A stretch of DNA of 64,000 bases from Eledone cirrhosa (lineage: Eukaryota): contig OZ024742.1 of assembly GCA_964016885.1 (NCBI GenBank), positions 107,446,001 through 107,510,000 on the forward strand, read 5' to 3'. Below, one piece after another: positions 28,743 to 42,696 of this stretch. Made by a program: the position numbers and the translations under genes. How positions within the stretch are numbered: the stretch's first letter is position 1; every line of letters starts with the position of its first letter. The notes beneath the pieces are model-generated. The model saw only the letters and a list, made by a program, of their open reading frames with translations. It did not search any database and was not told where the DNA came from.

Positions 28743-30822
28743 CTATTCCATTATTGCTCTACCTATAGTTCTATATTCTTCCTGATACAGTATATTTGTT
28801 TAAGTTGACAAGCTGAAATAAAGCCAGTGACATATTCAGTAGCTTTTTTTATTTTTTTTATTTTGTTTGCTGGTTTGTTCTGGGGAATCCTATGACTGCT
28901 AGATACTAAAAACATCTTGCTAACCCTTCAGTAAATTAGGGTCAACACTAATGTCAGTCATCTGAATTACATGACATGTTGATTTTAAAAACAAATTTAG
29001 CTAACAGGTGGTAAGGGATTTTTTTTTAGTAGACATTCTTTTTAATGAGACTCAGATTTCTGAACTGTTCCATGAGTACTGGCAACATTCCTAAGTTTTT
29101 TGAGGGAGGTGAGGAATGTTTCATTTCCCTTTGATATTACTTCAGTGGGATGTTTTCATTATAGTGGCATTTGTTTATTATTCTTTTCCTTCTATACTGT
29201 GGTTTAGGGTTGGAAAGGTTTGAACGTTTGTTAATCTTTAACTGTCTCTCATTAATGTCTTTTAGTAAATAGGCTAGTAAATGCTACTTAGATAATGAAA
29301 GTAGATAAATGAAATTTACAGCTCACACCAATATAGGTTTAGCTGGCTTCATATGAAGTTGCATCTTGTAGGAGGTCTTTTTAAGTGTTTTAATGGCATT
29401 GTCCCTGTCCTATCATGAAAGTAATATGAAATGAAGTGTCTTGCTCAAGAACATATACCATCCAGTCAGCAATTGAACCCACAACCATGTGATCATGATA
29501 TTCTTAGTGAAAGTGGTCAACTCTTAACATCCTGTCATGATTTAGCAGAAATGTCTAAAAAACAGTCATAGTGCTGTTTTGTTCTTTTTAAGAATATCTT
29601 GCTAATGTGGTTTCATGTGATAAAGGGTTAAAATGTGTATTTGATAGATCAGATCCTTCATCAATTGTGCCAGTTCACTTTTGTTCACCAATTGTTTCTC
29701 TGCTTAAATACTATGGAATTCATAACTACTTGCATATTTAAAACCATTTAAACCCTTTTGTTACCATATTTCTTATGAAACATACTGCCTATGATTTTTA
29801 AATCAAATTATTTTGAAAAGAATTTACTAGAATTTGGAGGTATTTAATAATATAACTAATCATCATTTAACATCTATTTCCCCTGCTAGTAAGGATGGAT
29901 GTGTCATCACAGAACGGTAAGAAATCAAGCAGAGCTAGTGACCTCCAGATGGGTCATGTGCATGCTTTTCATATACATACTTGTACTCTATTGTGTGCTC
30001 CGATGGGCGGGGGGGGGGGGGGGGGGGGGGAAGTGGTGGAGGATGCACTAGTGCATTCTGAGTGCATTTTATTGTGGCACCAACTTGCTCATTATTAACA
30101 AATGTTCTTACATAAAATTCTGATGAGAGGTTTTTAGGTAAGTATAAGCCAGGTAGTTTGATATGAAAAGTGTTAAAGAATCCAGCTGCAAAAGAATACA
30201 AGATAAAAATAGCAAGTACTTTGTCAGTCTAAGTGTTGCATTGTTTCTCTTCGTGTACCCTTTTATAAAATCAAACTATATGGCATCTATTCAGAATTTT
30301 CTATACTAACAACTAGCTGCATTCAAACTCTTTCCTAGCATCTAATAATTAATTTATCAGTTGTACTATGACACCAGAAAAAGTGACCAAGAATCATTAA
30401 ATCAAAGGTGAAACAACAAAATGTCTCAGTCAATATTTAATGTGATGTACCATTAAGGTATTTGTATGGTTATGTATTTTGTGATTGCTACTATTAAATG
30501 TATTTATTTTGTAAAACACACACACACACGGGTGTGTATTGCACAATGAAAAGAAAAGAAAAGCCAGAGAGAGGTAGTTAGTTCTTTATTTTATGATCGT
30601 GCCAGAGGGTTGATTGATCGTGGAAGAATGATACATTGACTGGCATGGTAGTGATTACGTCGCTACCCTTTTCTAGTCTTGAAATCCTTGATTGATTGAA
30701 CCATCTTCTTCAGAAACACTAAACTATCGGGCTCAATGCCTAATCTCGCTGAAACCATCTCTTCAAAGCCACATTGACTTCTAACAGCGTTATCAGCCCC
30801 ACCACTAACAGTTGGAAGCCAA

Positions 30823-31270
30823 TATTGGATGGCTTAACTATCTGTAGATCTAGTCATTTCAGTAAGCAAACCATGATGTTATAAGCTAAAGCACTTGACG
30901 TTATGCAAATCATCCATCGTAGCTGTGGTATGTTGGTGCAGGCATGGAGTTATTTAAAAGACAAATAATCTTTTTATGTTGCAAAAATCACAAGAATATT
31001 TCTATGGCCTGGCTTACATCAGATCATGATGTAAGACTTTGGCGAGGTCATCAGTTGTAAATTGTAAAGATTAGGTAATCAGTTACAGGATTACGGCAAA
31101 CATAAACAGAGAATAGACTTGATTCAGAGACAGCCCGTAATTCAGTGTTGTTGTTACGACAAACTGACACTACGATGGATAATTTGCATAATATTGAGTG
31201 CTTTAGATTGTTATACAACTATTTGCTAACCGGAATGACTAGATCCACCTATTAGTTAAGCCATCCAACA
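30823..31270. mobile_element. Non-autonomous DNA transposon with about 48-bp imperfect TIRs
   Basis: TATTGGATGGCTTAACTA..GATCTAGTCATTTCAGTAAGCAAA at the left matches the reverse complement of TTTGCTAACCGGAATGACTAGATC..TAGTTAAGCCATCCAACA at the right. No ORF; TSD not clear. Confidence 0.75.
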
Positions 31271-31322
31271 AAAATGGTGTGTGTATGTATGTATGTATGT
31301 GTATATATATATATATATATAG

Positions 31323-31670
31323 ATGGAGGCACATGGCTTAGTGGTTAGAGCATTGGCCTTGCAATCGAAAGGTTGTGAGTTCAATTCTCAGACCGGGTGA
31401 TGTGTTGTTTCCTTGAGCAAGACACTTTATTTCACATTGCTCCAGTTTACTCAGCTGTAGAAATGAGATGATAGGGACTGGGGTCCCTATCATTCCACTG
31501 CAAAGTGGTCGTGGAGGTGCCATGGCAAAAAAGCACCCAGCACTCACTGTAAATGAGGTTGGTGTTAGGAAGGGCATCCAGCTGTAGAAATCAAGCCAGA
31601 ATCAGTTCCCGTCCCACCCTTGCAAGCAGGGAAAAGCGGACGTAAAATGAAATGATGATGATGATGATGA
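31323..31670 (+). mobile_element. SINE type 1, full length
   Basis: Near-identical to 11406-11729; flanked by (TA)n. Confidence 0.9.
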
Positions 31671-31692
31671 TATATATATATATATATATATT

Positions 31693-31990
31693 TCTAGGGC
31701 GGGTAAAATTCCCGAGATCCATGGACGAGTTCTCTCCAGCGGTCTCTGTCCCTCATTATCACTGCCATGTCCTGCGTCTCTAACAGACCAGTGTCTGTCC
31801 TTAGGGCATCAACATACATTAACCTTGGTCTTCCTCTTCCAGTGTGTCCATGTAGGGGCTCCCACAGGAGCACTGAGTGCAATGTCAACTCTGGATGGAT
31901 GTCGGTGAGCATGTCCAGCTAACCTCAGTCTCCTCTGTCACTTTTGAGCTGACTTTTGGGAGGCTCCCTTACAGCTGAGTTTTTCATCCT
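31693..31990 (-). mobile_element. 3' fragment of another non-LTR retrotransposon (RTE/L2-like C-terminus)
   Basis: VLLWEPLHGHTGRGRPRLMYVD..DTGL..MRDRDRWRELV. Confidence 0.7.
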
Positions 31991-32908
31991 TAGTGTATAT
32001 ATACACACACACACACACAAAAATACATGTTTGTTGGCCATTTATATGTTGTTCAGCACTGGCATGGTTGTGGTTAGGAGGCTTGGTTCTCAACCATGTG
32101 GTTTTGGGTCAATTTGCTGTGTGGCACCTTGAGCATGTGTCTTCTACTATACTTCAGGCTGAGATATGTTTTGCAAGGGGAATTGGTTGATGGAAACTCT
32201 TTCTCTCTCCCCATGAGAAATATTTAGGTTGAAATTGAATAATAGTGTTATCTTCTATGAAATACCTTGATTCAGAAAGTGATCAAACATGGGTAATGTT
32301 TGCCTTTATTAAAATCTTTGGGTGCTAAGTTCTATGGATTATTGAAGTCCTGTGAGTGCTTGAGATTTTTAAAATTTGAGTCCCAAATGCAGAAAGGAAC
32401 TGCAACAACAGTCAATCATGATAGATAATATCTGAGAAAATTGGGTAAATTACTCTTACAAATGAAAAAATTGACAAAGATGCTTAATTATTTTTTCTGT
32501 CTCTAAAGGTTATTTATACAATTTTCTCAACTATTAGCTATAGTGATCAACTATTCTTGAAGTGTTTTCTGTGTTTGGGACTTTCACACTTTCAAAAATT
32601 TTAGATTTTTTTTTACAAGTTGGTGTAATTACTGCTGTTATTTTAATGCCAGTAACCAATCACTTGTTTTACTCCTAGGCAAATCCTAATTGTGTAGATC
32701 TATATTCAAAAGTATTCCAGCATGACCATTCATGTTTTTATATTTCAGATCTAGTGTATCTAGGACTCATTGACCAATATCTTATTTATTTAGATGATAG
32801 ACTGTGATTTGAGTGATATTTGATTGCTATTTCTAACAGGTTGAATAACTACATACAGGATCCCTCATTTGCTTATAATTACCTATTGTATTTATTTTAT
32901 ATCTGCAG

Positions 32909-33062
32909 CCTGCAGGCATTACGAGAAGAGTTTTTGGAGTTCCATGCCAGCAGTAAAGAACTTGAAGAAGAGATGGATACTACCATAAAACACCTCGATA
33001 AAGAAAAGAAAGACTTTTCTGCAGTTAACAGTCGTTTACAAGAGGAAGTAGAATCATTAAAG
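32909..33062 (+). CDS. nudE: NudE/NDE1/NDEL1 exon (N-terminal coiled coil); first exon seen, phase 2 start
   Basis: ctgcag|c acceptor and aag|gtaggt donor. LQALREEFLEFHASSKELEEEMDTTIKHLDKEKKDFSAVNSRLQEEVESLK aligns with recalled vertebrate EFQEGSRELEAELE...NQRLKYEVEALK. Confidence 0.88.
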
Positions 33063-35966
33063 GTAGGTGGTTCATTGTATACATTTTATTTAGGTATATA
33101 TATCCACAGGCATGGCTTTGTTGTTAAGAGGTTCCATTCCAGTGCAGCACTTTGTAATTAGATTTGGTAAATAGAAAGAAAGCCCATTGAAATGTGTGTG
33201 TCAGTTTACTTTCTTCATATCAATAATGTTTAAACCAGCTATTAGTATTTGTTTGTGCCTCTACTGAGCCATTCTTGTTAAAAATTGTCAAGGATTGAGA
33301 GTGAGAAGTACATTTAAATGATTAGGATGTGCTATATGGATAGGGCATGTGGTATGTATATCCCTATAGGATATGTCTTATAGATAGGACATGTCCTATA
33401 GGGATATGAGATGTACATTTATAAGGATGGGGCATGCAAATTTATAAGAATTGGACAGGTACATTTGTATGGATGGGGCATGCACATTTAGTACAGGTAC
33501 ATTTATGATAGGATATGTATATTTATAAGAATAGATGTGATAAAAAGATAAGGATTTATAAGGATTGGAGATGTGATAAAAAGATAAATTGACCTCTATT
33601 GGTTTTGACAATGAATATTTCAGTTTGGTCAATGGAATGGCCTATTCATGAAATTAACATAAATGGTTGAGTATTCCACAGACAGGTGTGTCTTTAACAT
33701 AATCCTAAGGGAGATTCAACATGGTGCAGTGTGACAAAACTGATCCATTAAATCATGGGTACAATCAATTTGATAGGCTTCCAGTTTCCATGTACTCAAT
33801 TTTGCCCATGTGGCTTGGGTCAGAGGTTATAGTAAAAACAATTGCTCATTTACTGCTACTCTGTATGTATGTGTGTGTGAGAGACAGAGAGAGTGAGAAA
33901 GAAAGGTACATTTATAAGTGTCATATGTGAAGTTCATTTATGAGGATTAAGGATGTAGTATATTTATAAGGATTGAGAGTGTGAGGGACACTTATAGAAG
34001 AGAAATGAATGTATTCTATTGGTTTTAATAGGTGTGATTGACAGTTGATTAATTCATAGGAACAGAGCATTGTTGTAGTTAGTTTAATTTAGCTGAATGT
34101 TAACTGTATTGTTAATGGCTTTAACTCCCAAAGGTTCAACATAGTTCAGTTGAAATAATATTTAGATATCCTTTGTATTAAGTTTATTTCTTCAAGCAGT
34201 TGTTCAAATCACTAAAAATAAACGCCCCCTCTAGAGATTATCTGTGTAATATGCTTACATATGTGTGTGTGTGTGTATACATGTTTGTTTTTTTTGAGCT
34301 GATTAACCTTAGATGCCAGCAATATGAATTTGCACTGATTTAGAGATTGAAGATGCAGAAGATACCTGAATGTGTAATCTAGTTCTATGTCTGTTTTTTT
34401 ACTGGGTTGTAAGAATTGAACAAATTTTGTTAGATATACTTTCAATTAATCCCCTACTTTTGAGAGCCTGAAACTTATATTTTGAAAGTCTCTTTTGTCT
34501 TGTATTTGTGTTCCATGAACTCCAAAAATTATGTTCAGTGCTATTGCTGTCAGTATTTTCTTTTATAAAGATAAGTGGATTTAGTATGGAAAAGGTAAAA
34601 TGTGGAAGACTGAAACCATAAATTTACTTGGAAAGGTTGACAGCTTTCCTGAATTTCCCCGAAAAGTTTTTTTATTGTTTGGAGTTTAAAGTCTATGTTT
34701 AAGGATTTACGCACTGGGACTGCTCTGCAACTTTCTCTGCCAACAGTTTAGTATTGCACTTAAACTTGTACTATAAAGTCTCCATTAAAAAATATATCAC
34801 AGGACTCTTGATTAGTCAGACTTCTTTTTGACAGGAAAAACTCAAGGTATTTGCAAACATGACTTTGACCTATATTGATGTCATCATCATCACAATTTCC
34901 TGTCAAGTGGTCTATTCTAACATGAACTGTGGCAAGAAAAAATATAGCAACTATTTATACCAAGAAAAAAATATACTGATTAAAGATTAGAGGTATTTTA
35001 TCTAAAAATAGTATGCTCCTCTTGTTTAAAGCATCTGCTAAATATGTAAGTTGGGAACGATTTAAGGATTCCTATTGCTTCGGTTGTTGGTCATTTACCC
35101 TGTATTTTTGGGTTGTTTAAACATTCCCTTTCAGTTGCTAAGTAGCTAAATTAAATTTGATTGACTTGGTACAGACTACTACTCTGAATAAGTACATTAT
35201 CCATCCTCTGAATTAGTACACTAACCACCCTTTGCTTAACCTTTGTATTACCAACCTGGCCAAAACCAGCTATGGTTCTACAAAATAAAACTACCCATTT
35301 TAAAGGTTTCTTATTTAAATTTTAATCTTCTGACATATATTTTATATGAGAACTATATATTAAGTTATTATCTTAATGAAATAACAATTTTAGTAATTCC
35401 CTCAAAATTTTTCATAAATTAATTGAAACAATTTAGTCCATTAGAAAACAGTCATGAATGGGTTAAAGTTTCACCTTTTTCCTTTTTTTTTCTACCCCAT
35501 AAAATAAACATCCTGGGCTAGTTATGTACTTTTAAGTTATTGATCCAGGGTCAATCTAGATCAAGTAGGCTTATGATCAAAAGCATTCCAGTTGTCTTTT
35601 CAGGGCTATTTAGGACTAGATTATTTAAAGTATCCTTTTCCATTTTAGCCCTATCATTACTGTATTTCTAATGAAACACACTGCCTATTATTTTCAAATA
35701 ATTTTTTAAATAATCAAGAATTTGGAGAGATTTAGTAATATAACTATCACATTCCTAAGCTGGTGTTTGAAACATGATTTAGCTACATAAAATTATGATG
35801 GATGGTTTTAAGATAAATATAAACATTTTAAAACAAATAGTTTTGCATCATAGAACCTGAGACAGTTTCTGGTGGTTTGGTATTAAAAGGGTTCAAATCG
35901 TGGGGTGTGTTTGAGGGAAATTTGGCTGTTAATTCGAGTAGGCAGTGACTGTTGGTTTGAGGTTTC

Positions 35967-36194
35967 TTAACCCTTTAGCATTTACATTACTCTATATATA
36001 CTATTATATGTTCATGGTAAAGGCTTTACCTCGCATAATTATCTCACATAATATCGAATCTATGAGATTTTGAAAGTATTTATTTTGAGAACAATATCTT
36101 AACATCAGTTTGAGTGACTGGTTACAGCCAGTTTCAACAGAAAGATATAGAGAATTCTGGCCAATTTTGGCCGGTTTGAACATTAGAGGGTTAA
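35967..36194. mobile_element. piggyBac-type MITE, uninterrupted copy
   Basis: TTAACCCTTTAGCATTTA ... AGAGGGTTAA; body matches 21700-22136 minus the SINE. Confidence 0.85.
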
Positions 36195-36849
36195 AGTGGA
36201 AAATAAAGATGGCATTCACTTAAAAGTTATTTAACCCTTTCATTACCACATTTCTGATAAAAAAAATATACTATATTTGAATTAATCAATGAAAAATTTA
36301 CTAAAATTATTTCAATTAAGATGGTATTCTGAGTTCATATCCTGAAGAGGTCAGCTATGCCTTTCATCCTTCTGGTGTTGATAACGTGCCATTCAAGCAT
36401 TGGGATTGATTTAACCACCTACCTCAATTTTGGTCTTGTACCTGTATAATAAATAATTTTACAAACTAAAAAAAATTTGCATAGGTTGGATGTGTTATTA
36501 TTTGAGACTAGATGAGTTGGAGAACATTGTCTTGCTTGTATGTTCTAATTTTTGTATAGTTTCTATGACCAGATGACCTTTTGAATGCCACCTACTTTCC
36601 GCAGATGCTTTTTATTGCGACACCAGCATGAGTGAGTTTATGTTCTCAACAGAAGGACAAGGTCTTCTCAACTCTACATTGTCTCAGTTCGGTTGCTACT
36701 ACTTTACTGAGTGTACTGGGTGCATTTTATTGTGGCACCAACACCACTGATTTTGACTTGGGAGTGTCTTTAGTTGTCTCAATTCAGTGAAGGCAATGTG
36801 ACCCTAATATAGAAATCATTATTATTAGTTTTATTTTTATTGTGTGTTG

Positions 36850-37430
36850 TCAACACAGCTAGCTGTGTACCTTGGGTATGTGCAGTGTTGTTTTTGGTGG
36901 TGGTAGTTCTATTGTATTGAGAATACTCTTTGTAATGTGTGCAGTGCCAAGTAGTGCTATTTTCTGTATGCTGTATATATTTGTAGGACCTGGGGTTTTG
37001 GTTATGTATCTGCCTGCATTTTTTTATCATTCCTAGAGCACCTATTATTATAGGTATTGTTTCTATTTTCATCTATATTCGGGTTATTTCTATCTCCTGA
37101 TCTTTATATTTGGATAATTTCTCCATTTTCTTGATATATTATTTGTGGGGATAGATACATCAATTGGAAGACAATTCTTTTTAGTTTGTGGTTTGTGATT
37201 ATAATATCTAGTTGGTTGGTTTTGATCTCCCTGTTTGTGTGTTTTGGCATATCCCAGAGTATGGTTGCTTTATCATTCTCTGACATATTTTCTGGTGTAT
37301 GTCTGTATCATCTTTTTTTTTTAGTGTTGGCATAACTTTCAGTGTATATAAAACCCAACTCTATCATGTCTGAGGATATATTCTTTTTTGACTTAGACTG
37401 GGCAGCCTGAGACATTAAGGCTAATTGTTT
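36850..37430 (-). mobile_element. Degraded R4/NeSL-type non-LTR fragment (restriction-like endonuclease end)
   Basis: Minus-strand pieces SGCPV..EYILRHDRVG, ENDKATILWDMP.HT.REIK.NQ.DI and ETIPIIIGALGMIKK. Confidence 0.75.
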
Positions 37431-38380
37431 CTACCCCAGCACCACATATTCTGCTTCATTATGCATTTTTGGTGGTTTTTGGTGAGGATGCTTGATCTTA
37501 TGCTGCAGTTAGAAATCTTTCAGTCTGGGCTTTTAGTCAAACACTCCTTAGCCAGTTTTGTGAATTTCGCCTGCCTACCTCCTCCCTATTCAGTTTTTTC
37601 AAGTATAGGCCATGTAGGGGCTTTTTTTGCCATTGTTTTAGCGTATCATTAATTATTATTATGGTAGATTGGCAGAATTGTTAGAGCAACAGACAATGCT
37701 TTGCAGTATTAATCACGGCCCTTTTTAGTTCATATTTTGCTGAGGCCACCTTGTCTTTCATTCTTCTAAGGTCGATAAAATAAAGTACCAGTCAGGTATT
37801 GGGGTCGATATAATTGACCTTACCTTCTAAATTGCTGGCTTTGTGCTAATGACATGATGAATACATCGTTTACTTTGTCGGTATTTAGTGCTTTGAAGAA
37901 CAATTTAGTCACAGAAAGAAGGGAAAAACAAACAAACAAAATGCCATGTTAAATATTTAACTCTTTCTTTCCATACAGCTGCAACTGCTTACCTCCTTGA
38001 ACAAACATTAAGATATTTTGACTCTAGTTCCCTAAGCCGAATAGTGAAAATTGATAGTTATTTAACATGCCTATACAAACATTGCTCTAAGTTTATATAT
38101 TACTAAAAGTCTGTGATTGCTTGCTTGTTTGTTTGTAATGTAATACAGTTAAAAGGGCGCATAATGGAAAAATACTTTGAAAGGAAGTTGCCCCTGAAAT
38201 GGGAATAAAAATGGAATAAAACAAGGTTCGCGTAAATCGAAGCACAGGTTCCCAAGATATGGGGTTTTCTGGGTACCTTCATAAACAGAGAGAGAGAGAG
38301 AAGGATAGAAAGAAAGAGATAGTGGTTGTGAGAAAGTAGATTGAAAGAGAGACATAGAATGGAAGAGAGAGCTGGTGGTG

Positions 38381-38433
<53 letters not shown>

Positions 38434-38464
<31 letters not shown>

Positions 38465-38922
38465 TTAACGTCCATTTTCCACGCTAGCATGGGTCTGGAC
38501 GGGAATTGTCCCACTTGAGGCAAGATTGGTTGTCTTGCTCAGGACTGTCTGGCGGGTTTTCTAAGGCTGGATGCCCTTCCTAACACCAACCACGTTTACA
38601 GTGTGGACTGGGAGGTTTTTACCGTGTTACCTACATGGCCACATTACAGCGTGGACTGTGTGTTTTTTTTTCGTGACACCTACATGACCTCATTTATTTA
38701 GGACTGGATGTTGTGGTACCAACATAGCTTTACATCGAAAGGGGTGGTGTAGATGGCGGTGGGGGTAGGGTTGGGAGGGGGTTGTATTTTGGTTAAGAGG
38801 TGCCTACTGACTGTAGGTTTCGCTTTGTACTTAGGCAAGGCGGGTCTTCTGTATTACTACATAGCGCCAAAGATCTCGGTCCAGTGACATTGTCTTGGAG
38901 ATGTGTAAGTGTGTGAGGTCGG
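38434..38922 (-). mobile_element. RTE family B 3' end
   Basis: Homologous to 11877-12360, with (CAT)n at the left. Confidence 0.85.
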
Positions 38923-38988
38923 ATATGGGTGTGTATATATGTGTGGGTGTGTGTCTATGACCAGTGTACATAGATCACAGACACCTAC

Positions 38989-39012
<24 letters not shown>

Positions 39013-39019
<7 letters not shown>

Positions 39020-39345
39020 TGGCTTAGTGGTTAGAGCATTGGCCTTGCAATCGAAAGGTTGTGAGTTCAATTCTCAGACCGGGTGATGTGTTGTTTCCTT
39101 GAGCAAGACACTTTATTTCACATTGCTCCAGTTTACTCAGCTGTAGAAATGAGATGATAGGGACTGGGTCCATATCATTCCACTGTGAAGTGGTCGTGGA
39201 GGTGCCATGGCAAAAAAGCACCCAGCCCACACTGTAAACGAGGTTGGTGTTAGGAAGGGCATCCAGCTGTAGAAATCAGTTCCCGTCCCACCCTTGCAAG
39301 CAGGGAAAAGCGGACGTAAAATGATGATGATGATGATGATGATGA
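39013..39345 (+). mobile_element. SINE type 1
   Basis: Same head, body and tail as 11406 and 31323. Confidence 0.88.
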
Positions 39346-39509
39346 CATACATATATGTATACAAACACACACATTTATATATATATATACATACACACTC
39401 GTATATATATGGGCCTTCCAGTTTCATTTCACATTATATACAAGTCTGTATATTTTAATTATTTAAAAATTAAAGTGAACATGATTTTAAAAAAATATTT
39501 TGAAGTGAA

Positions 39510-39539
39510 CGTGACCAAACGGGTCACGGGTGGTCTAGT
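39510..39539 (+). mobile_element. Helitron-like 3' terminus (hairpin plus CTAG|T)
   Basis: CGTGACC-AAACG-GGTCACG 7-bp hairpin, then GGTGGT-CTAG followed by T. Confidence 0.55.
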
Positions 39540-39708
39540 AAATAATAAAGATAAAAACATGAAGTTTTCAGTGAAGTTTCAAAACTATTTTTTTTAAAGG
39601 ATATTGCGAAAAAGTTCATTATATTTACATTTCGTTAAATTTAGTAACATAAACTATGACCAAATACATGAAAAAACGTTTTTTTCTTTAACTCTCAACA
39701 TATATAAT

Positions 39709-39896
39709 TGTTTCTACTTTAGGCACAAGGCCAGCAATTAACCAGTGTATTACTGGTACTTTATTTTATCGACTCCGTAAGGATGAAAGGCAAAGTCAAC
39801 CTCGGCGGAATTTGAACTCAGAATGGCAAGGGCCGTAACTCTATGCGTCTTAGCATGGTGTCCGACCGTCTACCGATACTGCCAATTCACCGCACT
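39709..39896 (-). mobile_element. SINE type 2 with 16-bp TSD TCTCAACATATATAAT
   Basis: Reverse complement of the 21792-21988 family; TSD at 39693-39708 and 39897-39912. Confidence 0.88.
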
Positions 39897-40432
39897 TCTC
39901 AACATATATAATATATACCTAAACATTAGATAACGATTGCTGATGTATATTGTACAACAGAATTAGCTGAAAAATATTTTGAATGAACAAATAAGAGATA
40001 TAGTGACCTATACATAATATAAAAGGGAGATGTTTGTTGGTTGGTTCCTTCGCGTATCACACGTAAAAAACGTAAAGTATGTACAGGATTGGGATAAGAG
40101 TATATTCAGGAAAGTTTATTGATACTAATTTTATAACACCAAAGAAGAAGAAAGACATACCACGTATGCTAACCAACCTGACTGCTATTTCTAGCAGGTT
40201 GGGAATCAACCATAAGGAATTCTCTCTGCGAGTTCGTTGTCAGTGATGATCGTGTTTCGCGGCCTATGTCTCCGATTCCAACGGTGGTTTACACACACAC
40301 ACACACACGAACACTCAAACACTCAAACACTCACACATATATATATATATACACAAACACACACACAATGTAAACAAGACAATGCATTCAATACAGATGT
40401 TTTCTCTTCTGCCGGTCTTCTCTTATCATTTG

Positions 40433-41195
40433 TTAACCCTAGCGAAGCTGGTTACCTGAGCTAGTATAATATATACCTGGAAGTTTGTTTATATCAATTG
40501 TTGGAAATGGTCAAGATGATACAGCCTGAAAGCTGATGCAGCGGTTCACTTTTTACTGTTCACATCCCATTTTTGGTTCCCTTCTAATGTTCTGTTTGGA
40601 TCACTTTACCCCCCCCCCCCCCCCAGTGCATAATTTTGGACCAGGGGAACTTCTTCCAGGGACCTTTTTCTTGTATAAGAATAGTCACTGATTAGTTGAT
40701 GGGCCAGATTCATCCTGAAAGTATATTTTTTGTTCTTGCCTTTTTTAGACTGGAGCTTGTGATTGGTGATTCTTTCATCAGCACAAACGATGAACATACA
40801 GCCACATCAACAATAAAATAAAATAGATATTTCCACCATTTATTGGACTTCTTTCCAATGCAGTAGGTAGATCTCAACTGGTTTGCATGGTCCACACCAT
40901 TCATGTGCTCAGTATAATTTTTTTTTTTTTTCTTTCTATTATTGATCTCAGATGTGGCACATTTTGGTATTGTCTGGACTATTGTTTTCACCAGATACTT
41001 GCTAAGTTATTCAGACTGGCATTGGTGTCAGCAGTGTTACAGTCTTCTTATGTCTCCATATGTCTCTTGTGAGGTCCTTCACAACTCTTTCTCCAAGCCC
41101 TTGTTTGCGCTGATTTGAAATTTTCCCAGTATAAACTTGGGAGTCATTCACATAACCATTGTGGGGATCAGCCTGCAGCCACACTTTTATCCACA
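40433..41195 (-). mobile_element. piggyBac transposase relic with terminal TTAA-CCCTAG
   Basis: IKVW..AD..NGYV..VYTGK..GLGERVVKDL and YTEHMNGVDHANQLRSTY..KSNKWWKYLFYFIVDVA; internally deleted and frameshifted. Confidence 0.85.
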
Positions 41196-41349
41196 ATCTA
41201 CCAAATAATCAATCTGGAAGGACCCACATCTAGCGTGTAAATGTTCCCATGCTCTCCTGAGTGGATTTTATCATGGCACCAGCACCAAGGAGGCTGTCAT
41301 GTTTTTGACATTATTTTATGCCTGAAGTTTTTATATTTCAATCACCATT

Positions 41350-41575
41350 TTAACTCTTGACATCTTATAATGATTTAGCAGGAAATATCTAAAAAAACAA
41401 GACAGGTTTGTTAATTCAAATGTTTATAGTAGCTTTACTAGTGGACAGTTGTTGTAAAATTTGCAGTATTAAAGACTTAAATTTTAATGTGATGCAGTCA
41501 TAGAGAGCTGTTTTGTACTTTTTAAGAATGCCTTAATAATGCACTTTCATGCAGTACAGGATGTTAAGAGTTAAT
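41350..41575. mobile_element. TTAA-flanked MITE (TTAACTCTT.ACATC ... GATGTTAAGAGTTAA); relatives near 29518, 48996 and 55940-56220
   Basis: Inverted termini and recurring body. Confidence 0.7.
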
Positions 41576-42547
41576 TATAAAAATTAGTTATTTTACTAAG
41601 TCCGATTATAATTTTGACTATCTTTAAAATTAATTGAAACACAGGCAAAGTATTTTATTAGAAACATACCCACAAATCTTTTTTTGTCCACTTTTCCATG
41701 CTGCCATTTGTTGTATAAGGCCTTTTGAAACAGTATTCTGTAACTGGATGCCTTTCTTGGTGTCTGCTCTTGTTTTTATGTAATGGTACTCATTACACTC
41801 ATCTTCAACTATTCAAATGCTCAGTTATGGGACATAAAACAAATGTCACTGGCTGTCCATGTACTGTTGAGGTGAAGATACATACGGGATAAATGCACTT
41901 GTACAAACATATACAACAGGCTTCTTACAGTTTCTGTTTACCAAATTTCACTTACATTGGTCAATCTGAGAATATAGTGGAAGTCACTTGCTAAATATAA
42001 CACATAATTGGATCAAATCTGAAACCACATGGTTGTGAAGCGAACTTCTTAACCACATAGCCATGCCTACAGTTGTGTTGAATTTGAAATGATTTGTATG
42101 TTCAGTTTGAAGAGCTTATCGTTGAATAAACATGTTTTTTTATAGTTGGTTCTCAGCCTATTCCATTGATGAAAATAAGTTTAATTCTTTAATAAAACAT
42201 GTTTGTTAATTATATCACTATTATAAAAAAAAAAATCCATTTGTTTTTGACATTTGTATTAGAAAAATAAACATTATTAGTAAGCTTATATTACTGTAGG
42301 TTATGAGATTTAGTTAATTGTTATTACTACTAAATCTTATAATAAAATCTTACTATTATTTGCTTCTGATTAATAATTATAATAAACAAATGCATGTGAT
42401 GAATTTTTTTTAATCTAAAGAAATGCACTTGTGTGTTTTATGTAATTCTAATGGAAACAATTACTTTACTAAAACAAAGAAAAATAATTCATGTGTTTTA
42501 TTTTTTTTCTGATATAACTAATTATTTAACTATTTATTATTTTACAG

Positions 42548-42696
42548 AAAAAATTAGAGGCCTTACAAGCCACGCGTCATTATGAGGTGTCAAAACTACA
42601 AACAGATCTTTGTGAAGTTACGGCTTGGAAAGAGGAACACCAGAAATATATAATTCGGATAGAGCAACTTAACGATGATTTGGAAAGACAGAACAG
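42548..42696 (+). CDS. nudE: nudE exon (coiled coil)
   Basis: tttacag| acceptor and ag|gtaggt donor. KKLEALQATRHYEVSKLQTDLCEVTAWKEEHQKYIIRIEQLNDDLERQN(R) matches the family motif KY.RELEQ.NDDLER..R. Phase 0 in, phase 2 out. Confidence 0.93.

Noticed and set aside
29040-30145. Candidate nudE first exons ending at GT donors near 29108 and 30138
   Set aside because: Stops in the required phase and no similarity to the NudE N-terminus.
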